Assembly: GCA_044226625.1 (NCBI GenBank)
Contig: JBGAGQ010000007.1
Span: 1 to 64,000, forward strand
Reading direction: 5' to 3'
DNA: 64,000 bases
From: Thermoanaerobaculia bacterium
Lineage (GTDB): Bacteria; Acidobacteriota; Thermoanaerobaculia; Multivoradales; UBA5704
Of this stretch, positions 1 to 11,900 are shown one piece after another; the first letter of the stretch is position 1, and each line of letters starts with the position of its first letter. The translations under genes and the position numbers were made by a program. Under the pieces are notes generated by a model. It saw nothing but the letters and a program-made list of their open reading frames with translations, made no database searches and was not told the DNA's origin.

Positions 1-3000
1 CTCCCACCCGATTGACGACCCGTCGGGCGAGGTCGCCGGAGCGATAGGCCCGGGCGCCGGGGCGGCCGGAGAACGCGTCGGGTACGAAGCGCTCGGCCGA
101 GAGCTCCGGCCGGCCGAGATAACCGACCGCGAGGCCGGAGCCCGCGACGATCATCTCGCCCGGTACGCCGAGCGGCGCCGGGACGCCGAACGCGTCGGTC
201 ACCTGGATCGCGAGGTCGGGGATCGGCACGCCGATCAGGCTGCCTCGCTTCGCGTCCACGTCCGCCTTCGCGATCGGCCGGTAGGTGACGTGCACGGTCG
301 TCTCGGTGATGCCGTACATGTTGACCAGGCGCGGCCCCGCGCCGTCCGATTCGCCCGAAAACTCCGGATGGCGGTCGAACCAGGGGGCGAGCGTCGGCAG
401 GTCGAGCGCCTCGCCGCCGAAGATCACGTAGCGCAGGGAAAGCGGCGCCTCGCCGTCGGCTTCCACCACGCCGCGCTCGGCCCAGAGGAACTGCTGGAAC
501 GCCGACGGTGTCTGGTTGAGCACGGTCACCTTGCGGTCGCGGACCAGGCGATAGAACGTCTCCGGCGCGCGCGAGACGTCGGTCGGGACCACCTCCAGAC
601 GGCCGCCGTAGCCGAACGCGCCCCAGATCTCCCAAACGGAGAAATCGAAGGCGTAGGAGTGGAACAGCGTCCAGACGTCCTCGGGGCCGAAGCCGAACCA
701 GGGCTCGGTCGACGAGAGCAGCCGCGCCACCTCGCCATGCCGCACCGGCACCCCCTTGGGCTTGCCGGTCGAGCCGGAGGTGTAGATCACGTAGGCGACG
801 TCGCCCGGGTCGACTCTCGGCAGCGCGACCTCTTCCGCGCTTTCGAGGGCAGGGCCGAGGTCCGCGAGCATGCCGGCGTCGATCGTCAGACGCGCGCCCG
901 AATCCTCCTGGAGCAGAGACTTTCGATCCTCCGGGTAGGTCGGGTCGATCGGCACGTAGCCCGCGCCGCTCTGGAGCACCGCGAGCAGGGCGACCGGCAG
1001 GTCCAGCGAGCGATCGAGCGAGACGGCGACGAAATCGCCCGGACGGACGCCGGAGCGGACCAGCCGGCGCGCCAGGGCTTTCGCGCGGGCGTCGAGCTCG
1101 GCGTAGGTGAGGACCTCGTCGCCCGCCCGCACCGCGTCGCGCCCGCCGTGCGCGGCGACGGACCGATCGAACAGATCGACCAGCGTCGGCAGCGCCCTCG
1201 GATGGATGGCTGGATCGACGGCCGGGGCGAGCGCCGAGGTGGCGCGGATCTGCTCGCGCTCCTCGGGCGAGAGGAGCGAGACGGTCGCGCTCGACCGGTC
1301 GGCGTCCTCGGCGAGCGCGGCGAAATAGCGCGTGTAGTAGCCGGCGATCCAGGCCGCGTCGTCGTCCGAGAGGCGGGCCGAGTCGTATTCGAGCGCGAAG
1401 TGGATCCCCCGCTCGTCCGAGCCGGGGGCGAACGCCGCTTGGAGCAGGAAACTCGTCCCCTCGGCGGCCTGGAACCCGGCGAGCGCCACCCCTTCGCGGG
1501 CGAGCATCTTGTTGGCGACGTGGAAGTGGATGTAGTTGAAGATCACGTCGTAGAACGGCTGGCCGCCGTGCTCCTGCTGCAACCGGCTGTACGGGTAGCG
1601 GCGGAACGGCAACACCGACCGCTCGGTCTCGAACGCCCGCTCGGAAATCCGGGCGAAGCTCTCGTCCGCGACCCGGAACCGGATCGGCAAGGTGTTGAGG
1701 AAGAGGCCGCGCACGTCCTCTCCCCCGAGCACCTCGGCCCGGCCGTTGAAGCCGAGGCCGATCATCACGTCGGGCGAGCCGGACAAGAGGCTCATCACCT
1801 TGAAATGGCCGCCGAGCAGCACGCTCTTGAGCGGGATCCCGAGGCGGCGCGCGAGCGCGCGCACGCCGTCGGAGACCTCGGGCGACAGGTTCGGCGTGTG
1901 GCGATGGACGCGCGGGCCGTCGGGAGCTTCGGCGACCGGCGTCCGGCGCGGCAGGGCGAGCATCGTGGCGCCCGCCAGCCGCTCGCTCCAGAACGCCTTG
2001 GCCTCGGCCGAGGCGAGCGTCCGCCGCTCGGCGGCGATGAAGTCGCGGAAGACCAGCGGCAGCGGCGGCTCAGGCAGCGGGTTTTCCCCGCGCAGGAACG
2101 CGAAGTAGCGGCCGAAGATCTCGGCGAGCGTCGAGTGGAGGCTCCAGCCGTCGAAGATCGCGTGGTTCTCGGTGAGCGTGAACTGGAAGCGCTCCGGCGA
2201 GAGGACGTGGACGAAGAACCGAATCTGCGGCGGCTGCGTGAAATCGAAGAGCGCCTTCTTCTCCGCCCGCACCAGAGACGCCACCTCGCGCTGCTGGTCC
2301 TCGGGAGCGAGACCCGTGAGGTCCTTGACGGTGAGCGGAACGGTCGCCCGCGCGTGGACGATCTGGATCGGCTCGGTGTATCCGGTGAGGTGGAACGAGG
2401 TGCGCATCACCGGATGGCGGGCGACGACGTCCGCGGTAGCCCGGGCGAACGCCCCTTCGTCGAATCGAGCGACCAGCTGCCAGCTGTCGACGTTGTGGTA
2501 CGGCGGATCCTCCGGCCGCAGCACCATGTGGAACAACATGCCCGCCTGGAGCTGAGCGAGCGGATAAGCGTCCTCGATCGCGGGATCCCGTCCGTCCGGG
2601 CCGCTCGGCAGGCGCTGCCGGTCCTCGGGCGTGAGCAGGGAGAACGGCTCGGACGAGGCGACATCGGCGAGCGGACCCTCGGCGCGGCCGGCGTGCGCCG
2701 CGAGCTCGGCGATCGTCTGGTGCTCGAACAGCTGCTGGAGCGAGATCTCGAGCCCACGCTCGCGCGCGAGGGCGAGCACCTGGATGCTGCGGATCGAATC
2801 GCCGCCCAAGGCGAAGAAGCCGTCGTGGATGCCGACGCGGTCGACCTCGAGCACCTGCTCCCAGATCGCCGCGAGCGTCTCCTCGGCGAGGTTTCGTGGC
2901 GCCACGTAGGCCTCGGCGTCGGTCGTCGAAGCCGGCTCGGGGAGCGCCTTGCGATCGATCTTCCCCTGCGCGGTGAGCGGGAGCGCTTCGAGCGTCACGA

Positions 3001-5959
3001 ACGCCGCCGGGATCATGTAGTCGGGAAGGCGCTGCGAAAGATGGGCGCGCAGATCGGCAACCGAGGGAGCCTGCCCGCCGGAGGGGGTTGCGTAAGCGAC
3101 CAGGCGCGGCGCGGAACGGTCGCCGCGGGCGAGCACGATCGCTTCGCGCACGCCGGGGTGCTCGGACAGCGCCGATTCGATCTCGCCCAGCTCGATGCGG
3201 AAGCCGCGGATCTTGACCTGGGTGTCGATGCGCCCGAGGTATTCGAGATCGCCGTCGGCCAGGCGGCGGCCCAGGTCGCCGCTTCGATAGAGCCGCGCAC
3301 CCGGCTGCCCCGCGCCGAGCGCCGGTACGAACCGCTGCGCGGTCAGCTCCGGCCGGCCCAGGTAGCCGCGCGAAAGGCCCGCGCCACCGACCAGGATCTC
3401 TCCCGGCACCCCTACCGGCGCCAGCTCGCCCCAGGCGTCGAGAAGGTTGATCGAGAGGTCCGGGATCGGCTCGCCGATCCGGCTCTTCGCGCCGAGGTCG
3501 GCGGAGCGGATCCGCCGGTAGGTCACGTGGACCGTGGTCTCGGTAATGCCGTACATGTTGACCAGGGCGGGGGTGTCGTCGCCGTAGCGGCCGAACCAGC
3601 CCGAGAGCGCCGCGAGGTCGAGCGCCTCGCCGCCGAATACGACCGTCGTGAGCGGCAGCCGCTCCGCGCCGCCGGACATCGCGGCGGCGTCGACGCGATC
3701 GAGCTGGGCGAACGCCGAGGGCGTCTGGCTGAGCACGGTCACCTTCTCCGCCGCGAGCAGCGCCCGGAAATCCTCCGGCGACCGGCTCACCAGATACGGC
3801 ACGACCACCAGCCGGCCGCCGTAGAGCAGCGCACCCCACAGCTCCCAGACCGAGAAGTCGAACGCGTACGAGTGGAACAGCGTCCACACGTCGTCCGGGC
3901 CGAAACCGAACCAGGGCTCGGTCGAGGTGAACAGCCGGGCCACGTTCGCGTGAGAGATCACCACGCCCTTCGGTTTACCGGTCGAGCCCGAGGTGTGGAT
4001 CACGTAGGCCGCGTGAACGGGCGAAAGGTCCGCCGGGACGGCCTCGCCCGCGGGCTCCCCCTCACCTACCCCGTCGACCAGGACGCGCTCCACCCAGGAC
4101 GGCAGCGTCGCGTCGAGATCGCCGCGCGTCACCACCCAGCGCGCCGCCGTGTCTTCGAGGACATAGGCGTTGCGCTCCGCGGGATAGGTCGGGTCGAGCG
4201 GGACGTAGACGCCCCCGGCTTCGAGGACGGCGAGGATCGCGACCGGCAGATCGACCGACCGGTCGAGGCAGAGCCCCACGCGCGACTCGGGACCGACCCC
4301 CGCCGCGCGCAGCTTGCGTGCGAGGGCCGTCGCCTTCCGGGCGACCTCGCCGTACGAGACGGTCCGTTCGCCACACGTGACCGCCGGCGCGTTCGGCCGT
4401 GCCGCGGCGACCTCATGGAAGCGCCGATGGAGCAGGAACGGCGGCGCCGGCTCGCTCCGCGGCGTCGAGCAAGCCGCCCGACGCTCCGCGTCGTCGAGGA
4501 GCGGCAGATCGGCAAGCCGCTGGTCCGGATTGGCCGCGCCAGCCGCGAGCAGCCGCGCGAAGCGAGCGACGAACGCCCGGACGGTCGCCATGTCGAACAG
4601 GTCGGTCGCGAGCTCGGCCATGCCGCCGATCGGCGTTCCCGCCTGTCCGCCGTCGATCATCGACAGGGTGAGGTCGAACTTCGCGGTGCCGTGCTCGACC
4701 CGGATCGGCTCGACCCCGCCGCCCCCCGCGCCGCCGGCACCGCCGGCTTGGAGCGCGAGCACCACCTGGGCGAGCGGCGCATGGGCGAGGTCGCGCTCGG
4801 GCTTGAGCTCCTCGACCAGCTTTTCGAACGGCAGATCCTGGTGGTCGTACGCCGCGAGCGTCCGCTCCTTGGCGCGACGGACCAAGGTGCGGAACGTCGG
4901 GTTGCCGGAGAGGTCGGCGCGCAGCACCAGAGTATTGGCGAGGAAACCGATCATCCCTTCGAGCTCGGGCCGATTGCGGTTGGCGATCGGCGCGCCGATC
5001 AGGAAATCCTCGCTGCCGGTATAGCGGCCGATCAGCGCTTGCAGCCCAGCGAGCAGGGCCATGAAGGTCGTCGCTCCCTCGGCGCGCGCGAGCCCACGGA
5101 CGGAATCGGCGAGATCCGGCGGCAGGGAGAACGGCTCGCTCGCGCCGCGGAAGCTCTGCTTGGCCGGGCGCGGGCGATCGGACGGAAGCTCCAGGACCTG
5201 CGGCGCTCCGGCGAGCGCGCCGCGCCAGTAGGAGAGCTGCCGGTCGAGCTCGTCGCCGGCGAGGTGGCCGCGCTGCCAGAGCGCGAAGTCGGGATACTGG
5301 ATCGGCAGCTCGCGCAGCCCCGCCGCGCGGCTCGCGCGGCCGGCCGAAAACGTCGCGTAGAGCGCTCCGACCTCGCCGAGAAGAACCGCCATCGATCCAC
5401 CGTCCGAGATGACGTGGTGCTGGGTCGCGAGCAGCGCGTCACCCGAGGCGGAACGCAACAGCAGGGCGCGCAGAAGCGGCCCGCGCGCCAGGTCGAACGG
5501 ACGGCGCGCTTCGGCGCTCGCGATCCGCTGCAGCTCCAGTCCGCCGAGCCCTTCTCCCACCGCGACGAGGTCGACGGTTCGGAGCGGCACGAACGGCGTG
5601 CCGGACGAGGCGACCGGATGGACGACCTGCACGGCCTTGCCCTTCACCTCGGCGAACGTCGTGCGCAGCGATTCGTGGCGGGCGACGACCTCGGCGACGG
5701 CGCGGGCGAGCAGCCCCGGGGCGATGCGGCTCGGAAAGCGAAACGCCGAATAGAGGTTGTACTGGGCCGAGTTGGGATCGAGCCGATCGAGGAACCAGAG
5801 CCGCTGCTGAGCGTAGGAGAGCGGGATCTCGCCCGCGGCGGGATCCCGGCGCGGAATCGCGGCCGGGACGGCCGCGCCGAACCCTTCCTGTTCGAGCATC
5901 CTGGAAAGGAGGTCCAGGTCCTCGCCGGAAATCTCCCGGACCTTCGTCGTATCGCTCAT
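1..5959 (-). CDS. NRPS, 3'-truncated by the window edge: C-A(Thr/Dhb)-T-C(modAA-like)-A(Thr)...
   Basis: Missing from the ORF track because its stop lies outside the window, so translated by hand. ATG at 5959 overlaps the upstream TGA (ATGA). It starts MSDTTKVREISGEDLDLLSRML...LSYAQQRLWFLDRL. C motif HHVISDG; two A domains with FHSYAFDFSVWE and NMYGITETTVHVTY; T motif FFALGGDSI; second C with ENHAIFDGWS. Confidence 0.95.
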   Translation of the reverse strand, partial: MSDTTKVREISGEDLDLLSRMLEQEGFGAAVPAAIPRRDPAAGEIPLSYAQQRLWFLDRLDPNSAQYNLYSAFRFPSRIAPGLLARAVAEVVARHESLRTTFAEVKGKAVQVVHPVASSGTPFVPLRTVDLVAVGEGLGGLELQRIASAEARRPFDLARGPLLRALLLRSASGDALLATQHHVISDGGSMAVLLGEVGALYATFSAGRASRAAGLRELPIQYPDFALWQRGHLAGDELDRQLSYWRGALAGAPQVLELPSDRPRPAKQSFRGASEPFSLPPDLADSVRGLARAEGATTFMALLAGLQALIGRYTGSEDFLIGAPIANRNRPELEGMIGFLANTLVLRADLSGNPTFRTLVRRAKERTLAAYDHQDLPFEKLVEELKPERDLAHAPLAQVVLALQAGGAGGAGGGGVEPIRVEHGTAKFDLTLSMIDGGQAGTPIGGMAELATDLFDMATVRAFVARFARLLAAGAANPDQRLADLPLLDDAERRAACSTPRSEPAPPFLLHRRFHEVAAARPNAPAVTCGERTVSYGEVARKATALARKLRAAGVGPESRVGLCLDRSVDLPVAILAVLEAGGVYVPLDPTYPAERNAYVLEDTAARWVVTRGDLDATLPSWVERVLVDGVGEGEPAGEAVPADLSPVHAAYVIHTSGSTGKPKGVVISHANVARLFTSTEPWFGFGPDDVWTLFHSYAFDFSVWELWGALLYGGRLVVVPYLVSRSPEDFRALLAAEKVTVLSQTPSAFAQLDRVDAAAMSGGAERLPLTTVVFGGEALDLAALSGWFGRYGDDTPALVNMYGITETTVHVTYRRIRSADLGAKSRIGEPIPDLSINLLDAWGELAPVGVPGEILVGGAGLSRGYLGRPELTAQRFVPALGAGQPGARLYRSGDLGRRLADGDLEYLGRIDTQVKIRGFRIELGEIESALSEHPGVREAIVLARGDRSAPRLVAYATPSGGQAPSVADLRAHLSQRLPDYMIPAAFVTLEALPLTAQGKIDRKALPEPASTTDAEAYVAPRNLAEETLAAIWEQVLEVDRVGIHDGFFALGGDSIRSIQVLALARERGLEISLQQLFEHQTIAELAAHAGRAEGPLADVASSEPFSLLTPEDRQRLPSGPDGRDPAIEDAYPLAQLQAGMLFHMVLRPEDPPYHNVDSWQLVARFDEGAFARATADVVARHPVMRTSFHLTGYTEPIQIVHARATVPLTVKDLTGLAPEDQQREVASLVRAEKKALFDFTQPPQIRFFVHVLSPERFQFTLTENHAIFDGWSLHSTLAEIFGRYFAFLRGENPLPEPPLPLVFRDFIAAERRTLASAEAKAFWSERLAGATMLALPRRTPVAEAPDGPRVHRHTPNLSPEVSDGVRALARRLGIPLKSVLLGGHFKVMSLLSGSPDVMIGLGFNGRAEVLGGEDVRGLFLNTLPIRFRVADESFARISERAFETERSVLPFRRYPYSRLQQEHGGQPFYDVIFNYIHFHVANKMLAREGVALAGFQAAEGTSFLLQAAFAPGSDERGIHFALEYDSARLSDDDAAWIAGYYTRYFAALAEDADRSSATVSLLSPEEREQIRATSALAPAVDPAIHPRALPTLVDLFDRSVAAHGGRDAVRAGDEVLTYAELDARAKALARRLVRSGVRPGDFVAVSLDRSLDLPVALLAVLQSGAGYVPIDPTYPEDRKSLLQEDSGARLTIDAGMLADLGPALESAEEVALPRVDPGDVAYVIYTSGSTGKPKGVPVRHGEVARLLSSTEPWFGFGPEDVWTLFHSYAFDFSVWEIWGAFGYGGRLEVVPTDVSRAPETFYRLVRDRKVTVLNQTPSAFQQFLWAERGVVEADGEAPLSLRYVIFGGEALDLPTLAPWFDRHPEFSGESDGAGPRLVNMYGITETTVHVTYRPIAKADVDAKRGSLIGVPIPDLAIQVTDAFGVPAPLGVPGEMIVAGSGLAVGYLGRPELSAERFVPDAFSGRPGARAYRSGDLARRVVNRVG

Positions 5960-8900
5960 GCGTCTTCGGCTCCTTCGTGGGCGGGTGCGCCGGCGAGCAG
6001 CGTCTGACGCTCCTCGGCCGACATCTCTTGGATCTGACGTAACAGCTTCGCGGTGCGCGCCGTGAGGCCCGGCTGCTTTTCCTTGGCGATCAACGCGCGC
6101 GCCGCCGCCTCGATCGTCGTCGCGGCAAAGAAGTCGCGCAGCTCGAGGTCGATGCGGAACACCTTCTGGACCCGGGCCACCACCTTGGTCGCGAGCAACG
6201 AGTGGCCACCGATGTCGAAGAAGTCCTCGTCGATGCCGATCCGGTCGCGGTCGAGCACCTCGCACCAGATGTCGGCGAGCACCTTCTCGACGTCGGTCTG
6301 CGGCGCGACGTACGGGCGTTCGCCGGCGATCTTCGACGGGTCGATCGCCGCGAGCGCGCGCCGGTCGACCTTCCCCGCGGCGGTGCGCGGGAAGTCGTCG
6401 AGCACGGCGATGATCGCCGGCACCATGTATTCGGGGAGCTTGCCGCGCAGGATCTCCTTGAGCTGCACCGGATCGGGCCGCGCCTCCGTTGCGACGACGT
6501 AGGCGGTCAACCGCAGGTCGCCCTCCGCCGCCGGTCGAGCGATCACCGCGGCCTCCTGCACGCCCGCCTGCGTCCCGAGCACGGTCTCGATCTCCCCTAG
6601 CTCGATTCGGTAGCCGCGGATCTTCACCTGATGGTCGATGCGGCCGAGGAATTCGAGCTCGCGCGACTCGTGCGACGCCGCGTCGCGCGGCACGGCGGTC
6701 CAGCGCGCGAGGTCACCCGTCCGGTAGAGGCGCGCACCGGGCTCGCCGGAGAACGGATCGGGGACGAAGCGCTCCGCGGTGAGGTCGGGCCGGCCGAGGT
6801 AGCCGCGCGCGAGCGACGGACCGCCGAGCAGCAGCTCGCCCGGCACGCCGAGCGGTTGGGCCTCGCCGCCGCGATCGACGACATAGGTGGCGAAGGTCGC
6901 GATCGGCCGGCCGATCGTGAGACGCCCTCCCTCGTAGAGCAGGGCGGTGGCGCACACCGTGGTCTCCGTCGGCCCGTACGCGTCGACGAAGCGACGCCCC
7001 TGGCGCCACCGCTCGGCGAGGTCGGGAGGACAGGCCTCGCCCGCCACGATCAGCGCCGCCGGGACCCCCTCGGGAAGCTCGGGCAGGGCGGCGAGCGCGG
7101 AGGGCGGAAGCGTCGCGAGGGTGATCCGTTGCTCGACGAACAGGCGCGCGAGCCCGGCCCCCGGCATCCTCTGCTCGCGGCCGGCAAAGACCAGAGCGGC
7201 TCCGGCGCCCCACGCTTCGACGATCTCGGAGATCGAGGCGTCGAAACCGATCGAGGCGAACTGGAGCAACCGGTCGCCCGGTTCGAGCCCGGTGAGACGG
7301 GCGAGCTCCGTTCCGAGGTTCGCGACGCCGCGGTGGGTGACTCCCACCCCCTTCGGCGTCCCGGTCGAGCCCGAGGTGAAGATCAGATAGGCAAGAGTGT
7401 CGAGCGCCGCCGGCTCGTCGAGCGCCGGCTCGGGACGGGACTCGGGTTGGGTCGCCACGAGATCCCAGCCGCCGCCGTCGAGCGCGATCGCGAAGATCGG
7501 CATCGCCGGCAGAGACTCTTGGAGATGCTCCTGGGTGAGCACGATCGCGAGCCCGGCGTCCTCGATCAGGTGGGTCAGGCGCTCGAGCGGCAGTTGCGGA
7601 TCGAGCGGAACGTAGACGCCGCCCGCCTTGGCGATGCCGAGCAGGGCGATGCCCAGCTCGAACGACGGATCGCAGAACACGCCGACCGCCACGTCCGGCC
7701 CGACGCCGAACGCGCGCAGGTGATGGGCGAGCTGGTTCGCCCGCGCCTCGAGCTGGGCGTACGACATCTCCCGCTCGCCGGCGACCATCGCGGCGAGCTC
7801 GCCGTAGCGCTCGGCCGAGTCCTCGAACAGGCCGGCGAGGGTCCGCGGCGCCGCGGGAGCGTGGTCGGCTCCGTCAAAATGGCTCCAGTTCGAGACGATC
7901 TCCGTTCGCTCCGCCGCGGCCAGCAACGGCAGCTCGGCGAGCGGACGCGCGGGATCGGCGAGGGCCGCGGCGAGCAGGTTTTCGAGATGGCCGGCGAAGC
8001 GCCCGATCGTCGCGCGGTCGAAGAGATCGCTCGAGTAGACGAAAGCGCCGGTCATCCCCACCCCTTGATCGGAGAGGAAGAGCGCGAGGTCGGTCTTCGC
8101 GGTGCCGCTTCCGCCTTTCCACGGCTCGATCTCGACGCCGGGAAGCTCCAGGCGCCCCATCGCCGCGTTCTGGAACGAGAAGTTGACCGAGAAGATCGGC
8201 GGGCGCGACGGGTCGCGCTCCGGGTTCAGCTCGCCTACCAGCTTTTCGAACGGCAGGTCCTGCTCGGCGACCGCGTCGAGCAGGGTGCCGCGCGCCTCGT
8301 TCACGATCTCGGCGAACGTCGCGCCGGACCGCGGCCGCGAGCGGAGGACGAGCGTGTTGATGAAGAAGCCGATCAACCCCTCGATCTCGGGACGCGAACG
8401 CCCCGCGACCGGCGAGCCGACGAGCACGTCCTCGACCCCAGCGAGCCGGCCGAGCAACGTCGCGAACGCGGAGAACAGCACCATGAACGGCGAGGCGCTC
8501 GCGCCGCGGGCGAAGGAGCGGACGGCCGATTCGGTCTCCGGCGCGACGCGCCACCCGAGGTTGCCGCCACGGAACGTCTGTGCCGGCGGACGGGGACGAT
8601 CGGAAGGCAGGTCGAGCGCGAGCGGCGCGCCCGCGAGCGCGCGGGTCCAGAAGCCGAGCCGCTTTTCGAGCGCCGGGCCGTCGAGCCATGCGCGCTGCCA
8701 CGCCGCGTAGTCGGCGTATTGGATCGAGAGCGGCGGCAGCGGGTTTGGCCGTCCGGAGCGCGCCGCCGTATAGAGAGCGACCAGCTCGCGCACCAGGATG
8801 CCGCTCGACCAGTCGTCCGAGACGCTGTGGTGGAGGTTGAACAGACCGACGTGGTCCCCCTCGGCGAGCCGCACCAGCGTGGCCCGAACGAGTGGCCCAG

Positions 8901-11900
8901 TCGAGAGGTCGAACGCCCGCCGCCCTTCGCGGTCGGCGAGGCGCTCGGCCTCCGGACGCCGGCGCTCTTCCGGCAGCGCCGCGAGATCGGCGAGGTGAAT
9001 GCGCGCGATCCGCGCCGCCTCTTCGGCCGGCGCGATGCGCTGGGCCGGCCGCTCCCCCGCCTCGACGAAGGTCGTGCGCAAGGCCTCGTGGCGCCGGACG
9101 ATCTCCACCAGCGCGCCGCCCAGCGCGGGAATTCGGAGGCCGCCCACGAAGCGGAGGAAGATCGGCAGGTTGTAGACCGGGCTCCCGGGCAGGAGGCGAT
9201 CGAGGAACCAGAGCCGCTCCTGCGCGAACGAGAGCGGCAGCGGGCGATCGCGCGGAGCCAGCTCGAGCGCCGGCAACGGCTCGCTGCCGGCGGCGCGCGC
9301 TGCCTCGATGCGCCGCGCGAGCTGCTCGACCGTCGGCGCCTCGAACAGGGTCCGGACCTTGACCGGCACGCCGAACGCGGCGCGCGCTCGCGAGGTGACC
9401 TGGAGGGCGAGAAGCGAGTGGCCGCCGAGGTCGAAGAAGCTGTCGGTGACACTCACCGACTCGAGGCCCAGGACCTGCGCCCAGATCGTCGTGAGGATCT
9501 CCTCGACGGGGGTCTTCGCCACCGCGATTTCGACCGCCGGGAGCGCGGCGATCCCTGCGGCCGACGGCGCCGGAAGCGCCGCGAGGTCGAGCTTGCCGTT
9601 CGGCAACGTCGGCAGCGCGGCGAGCGAAACGAAATCTCCCGGCACCATGTGCTCCGGCAGCTCGGCGGCGAGGAAAGCCTTCAGCTCGCGCGGCGCCAGA
9701 TCCTCGGGATCGGTTCCCGGCACCGGGACCAGATAGGCGACCAGGCGGCGCTCTCCGCCCTCTTCGACGCTCCGAGCGACCACCGCCGCGTGCGCGACGA
9801 GCGGATGCTCGCGGAGCCGGCTCTCGATCTCTCCCAGCTCGATGCGGAAGCCGCGGATCTTCACCTGGCTGTCGATCCGGCCCAGGTATTCGATCTCGCC
9901 GTCGGCGAGGAAGCGCGCGAGGTCGCCCGTGCGATAGAGGCGCGCGCCGGGGCCGAAGCCCAGCTCCGGATTCCCGCCGGCTTCGGCGATCGGATCGGGG
10001 ACGAACTTCTCGGCGGTAAGGTCGGGCCGTCCGAGATAGCCCCATGCGAGGTTGACCCCGCCGATGCAAAGCTCCGCCGGCTGACCGAGCGCCACCGGTC
10101 GTCGCTCGCGATCGAGCAGAAGAAGCTTCAGATTCGGCAGCGGCCGGCCGATCGGCGAGATCGTCCGGCCGGCGACCTCGGCCACCCGCGGGCGGCTCGC
10201 GACGTCGATCGCCGTCTCGGTCGGGCCGTAGAGGTTGTGCAAGGGGATGTCGAGCCGCTCGGCGAGACGCCGACCGAGCGCGGTGGGCAGCGCCTCACCG
10301 CCGGCGAACACCCGTCGCAGGTCCGTGCAACGCGAGAGATCCGGCTCCTCGACGAACGCCGCGAGCATCGACGGCACGAGCTGGAGCGTGCCGACCCGGT
10401 GGTCGGCAATCGCGCGCGCCATGTAGGCGGCGTCGCGATGGCCGTCGGGTTGCGCAAAGACCAGGACCCCGCCGACCGCGAGCGGCGCGAACAGCTCCCA
10501 CACCGAGGCGTCGAACGAGGTCGGCGTCTTCTGGAGCAGCCGCTCGCCGGGGGCGAACGGATGCGCCCAGAGCTGCCAGCCCACCCGGTTGGCGATCGCT
10601 CGATGGGGAATCAACACGCCCTTCGGCTTGCCTGTGGAGCCGGAGGTATAGATCACGTAGGCGAGGTCGTTCGGCGCCGATCCGACATCGGGTCGAGACG
10701 CACTCTCGTCGCCGAGCTCGGGATCCGCGTCGATCTGGACGATCGGATGGCTGGATTCCGGGAGAGAGCCGACGAAGCGCGCCTGCGCCACCACCGCGGC
10801 GGCCTTCGAGTCCTCGAACAGGTACGCCACGCGCTCGGCCGGATACGACGGATCGAGCGGCACATAGCCGGCGCCGGCTTTCTGGGTGCCGAGGATCGCC
10901 ACGATCAGGTCGAGGCTACGCTCGGCGACGATCGCCACCCGGTCGCCGCGACGGACGCCGAAGCGGATCAGCCGGTTCGCCAGGCGGTTCGAGCGCTCCT
11001 CCAGCTCGGCGTACGTCATCTCGACCGGCTCGCGGCCGTCGGCGCCGAGGGCGATCACCGCGAGCGCCTGAGGAGTGCGGTCGACCTGCGCTTCGACCAT
11101 CTGGTGCAAGCAGACCCGGGGATCGTACGGCGCGGGCCGGTCGTTCCATTCGACGAGCGTCTGCTGCATCTCCACCGGCGTTCCGGCCGGCAGAGAGGAC
11201 AGCGGCCGGTCGGGCTCCGAGCTCACTCGCTCGAGCAGCTCCGCGAAACGCGCTCCTAGGCGCAGCATCGTGGCCGGGTCGAACAGGTCGACGTCGAACT
11301 CGTATTGGGCCATCAGCCCCGCGGTCCCTTGGAACAGGGTGAGCGTCAGGTCGAGCTTCGAGGTGGTCTTCTCGTAATCCACCCGTTCGAGCGTCAGGCC
11401 CGGGAGGGCGAGCGCCCCGGCCGGTGCGTTCTGGAGCAGGAGCATCACCGAGAAGAGCGGCGAGCCGCCGAGGTCGCGGTCGGGCTGGATCTCCCCGACG
11501 ACCTTTTCGAACGGCACCTCCTGATGCGCGAACGCGCCGAGCGTGAGGCCCTTGGCGCGGCGTACCAGCTCGCGGAAGGAGGGATCCCCGGAGTGGTCGA
11601 GGCGCAGGGCGAGCGTGTTCATGAACACGCCGATCAGGCCTTCGATCTGCGCCCGGGTGCGGTTCGCCACCATCGTTCCGATCGCGAAATCCGTCTGGCC
11701 GGAAGCGCGCGAAAGGACCGCTCCGAACGCCGCGAGGAAGAGCAGGAACGGAGTCGCTCCTTCTTCCTGCGCCAAGCGATCGAGGCCGTTTAGCCGCTCG
11801 GCCGGAACCGAGTAGAACCGCGTGGCGCCGCGCTTGCTGGTCACCGACGAGCGTGGCCGATCGGTCGGCAGCTCGAGGGCGGGAGGCAACGAGCCGCCGC

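Noticed and set aside
290-6007. 1905-aa plus-strand ORF
   Set aside because: Antisense shadow of the minus-strand NRPS, which carries all the catalytic motifs.
8810-8840. HHSVSDD variant of the C-domain motif as an inactive domain
   Set aside because: The catalytic second His and the Asp are retained; substitution of the Gly is tolerated in active C domains.
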